A stretch of DNA of 64,000 nt, from positions 1 through 64,000 of the forward strand of contig JAAOMT010000235.1 in NCBI GenBank assembly GCA_016748015.1, written 5' to 3'. Position numbers and translations under genes: made by a program. The DNA comes from Geosiphon pyriformis uo1 (Eukaryota > Fungi > Glomeromycota). Position 1 is the stretch's first letter. Each line of letters opens with the position of its first letter. Under the pieces are notes generated by a model, which did no database searches, was not told the DNA's origin, and saw only the letters and a list, made by a program, of their open reading frames with translations. Shown piece after piece: positions 62,003 to 64,000 of this stretch.

Positions 62003-64000
62003 TGTTACAGATTGGAGTAACAAGCTAATGGATAGCAAGAGAGAACAGAATTGTAGGGTGATGGAAATAATCAAAGAAGATTCAACTTTAATGAGCGAAT
62101 TAAATAAGTATGGATTCAATGTGTGAGATCAGTCTCATAAAATATCTCAGTCACTATTCTTTTCAAAGGTAACTGGGGAATCTGAAGATAGAGAGATAGT
62201 CCATACTGTCAACAATTAATTACTGCTGGTATTAATTCTATGCCTTCACGTCAGTGCTCTTAGAATTCAATATTAGGTATCAACTTGTGCTCTTCAGTCA
62301 CATTTATACAAATAGTCTTCAAATACTACAATTATTCAAACAGAAAAAGGCCAACAAGTAATCTTTTATTCTAAGATGTTTGGATACTTGAAGGTAGGAA
62401 AAGAGAAATTAGCAATAAGAGAGTGATTGAGATGAAAGTTGTTATTTTTATTTATTTGATTCTTGTCTAAAAGATGATTTTCTACAGCTAAGAGACTCAT
62501 CACTTATATAGCTATTGAAAGTGGTCAATGACCAGGTTAATGGTCAGATCATTGATCAGGTCAATGATCACTATCTAAAAATAGAGTGGCTAATTATATG
62601 TCATCAGTGGCTAATACATGTGATAACTAATAAAAATTATGAGTTTCAATCATAACATCATCCTCTCCAAAGAGATTAAGCTCCAGCGAAATCAAGCTAT
62701 TTATAGGGTATTCTAATTGAAGGGTTTTGTCTAACTCAAACCTAACTAGTTTGTTGAAGTTTTTTGTGGATAGAGTGTATAGTACTTGAGGTAAAATAAG
62801 CTTTGTATCCAAGAGACCAAATCTTTGTATAAGAGTTTTGGCTCTTTTTGCAATGGTCAAAACTCTTAGGACATCTAAACATATAATGCCCAAAATTTCT
62901 ACTTGTATCTCTAAAGTTGTTTTCTTTATAAGCTTTATTTCTTCTATAATTTCACCAAAACAACTATAGAGTTCTAGTTGCCTTCCATATGACAAGTTTT
63001 TGTCTATGGGCAAGATTTTTTTAATCATTTTTCCAATTGTCATGGAAGGTGTAAGTATTGTTGCTGTTATGCTTTCCAACAAATACTTATCCATTTTGCT
63101 ACCAATTCTTTCTCTTCTGATAGTGGTTTTCTTTGGTCTAATAACAGTATGAGTTCCATTGTTATCAGTTATGGTGGTTTGTTTTCCAATGGTCAGAGTA
63201 GCATTTGGATAATTTTTGATCCAGTACTCATAGAGAGTGTAAAAAGCATTTTGAATGTTTTGATCTAGAAAATAATTGTTCATGTTGATTGAAGATACCT
63301 CTGTTTTGGGAATGGTGCATTTATTTATATCTGATTTTTGTTGATCATTTGGGTCAGTATTACCACAACAGGTAACCAATCAGGTTATTTGTGATATTTC
63401 TTGAGTCATGTGCCATGAATAAGGCGATCATTGAAGATTGTTCTATATTGATCTTGTAAGATATAAGAACCATTGTTTAAAACTTTGTTAACTATAAAGA
63501 GTCCTTTCCACCAGCTAGAGAATTTATTACCATAGACATTGTCTCTGTCTGAATGGTATTCTAAAACTAAGTCATCAACACTTAAGGAAAGTGTTTTATA
63601 TGTTTTCTTTTTCTTAAGCTTCTCTTGGAATTGTTTTATTTTTTCAAAAACAATTATCTGTGCTTCTACTAATAAGTCAAGAATAGTACCAAGTCTTCTT
63701 TGCAAAATGTCTTTGTAATTGCCTATTGTTATTTCTTCAAAGAGTATTGTCTCAATGTTAATTTCTATTGGTAAGGTTGCCATTTGTCCATAAAGTAAAT
63801 AAAAAGGTTTATAACTTGTTATGTTATAATTCACAGTTCTATAGGCAAACAAAGCTAAAGGCAGTACTTTGTCCTATAAGTTTGTTTCTTTGCTGGTTTT
63901 GGCTAGGGTTTCACATAGTGTTCTATTAAAATGTTCTACTAGGCCATTTGTTTGGGAGAGATAAGGAAAAGAAAGTTTGTGACATATTCCCATTTTTCTG
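62003..64000 (-). mobile_element. Ty3/Gypsy LTR retrotransposon E (relative of B): 3' LTR 62003-62657, ORF3, integrase end; runs out of the window
   Basis: TGTTACAGATTGGAGTAACAAGC start identical to the B 5' LTR; PPT at 62658-62668; integrase C-terminus closely similar to that of B. Confidence 0.92.
62627..63283 (-). CDS. Open accessory ORF3 of element E (~218 aa from ATG 63283), function unknown
   Basis: Uninterrupted frame downstream of integrase, ending 31 nt inside the LTR. Confidence 0.8.
   Translation of the reverse strand: MNNYFLDQNIQNAFYTLYEYWIKNYPNATLTIGKQTTITDNNGTHTVIRPKKTTIRRERIGSKMDKYLLESITATILTPSMTIGKMIKKILPIDKNLSYGRQLELYSCFGEIIEEIKLIKKTTLEIQVEILGIICLDVLRVLTIAKRAKTLIQRFGLLDTKLILPQVLYTLSTKNFNKLVRFELDKTLQLEYPINSLISLELNLFGEDDVMIETHNFY

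Noticed and set aside
61577-62119. 180-aa ORF as a real fusion gene
   Set aside because: Its N-terminus is LTR E sequence that happens to be in frame with the L-2 C-terminus at the 62002/62003 junction.
30216-62126. Many 60-130 aa plus-strand ORFs in the TE stack
   Set aside because: Antisense shadows of minus-strand TE genes or of repeats; the F/L/V-rich composition follows from the T-rich strand.

Overview
Eukaryotic, intron-rich, AT-rich DNA that looks fungal; an early-diverging Mucoromycota/Glomeromycota-type genome is my inference from gene style and transposon content. 1-20.3 kb is a gene island: a YEATS2-like protein with an Ahc1-type zinc finger, a mitochondrial RNB exoribonuclease (Dss1-like), a DEDDh exonuclease-RRM-5xRanBP2 protein (Nrp1-like), aspartyl aminopeptidase, a small spliced RRM gene missed by the ORF track, Mrm2 and pantothenate kinase, plus two head-to-head LINE 3' fragments at 5.5-7.3 kb. 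20.6-64 kb is one nested stack of decayed retroelements, all on the minus strand. A LINE (L-1) is interrupted by Ty3/Gypsy element A (23513-40305, carrying B at 28596-36224), by element C (40787-60781, carrying D at 49094-59256) and by a second LINE (L-2, from 61135) that carries element E (62003 to the window end). The LTR elements are unusually complex: 4-bp TSDs, a shared tRNA-Ile-like PBS (seen in B, C, D), and in A/C/D a multi-CxxC domain plus a dUTPase between protease and RT. B has a -1 frameshift signal. All five carry a non-membrane accessory ORF in the env position (clearly homologous in A/C/D, more remotely in B/E) that in A, B and E reads through the PPT into U3, next to family-specific tandem arrays upstream of the LTR TATA box. 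All analysis is by eye; no database searches were run.
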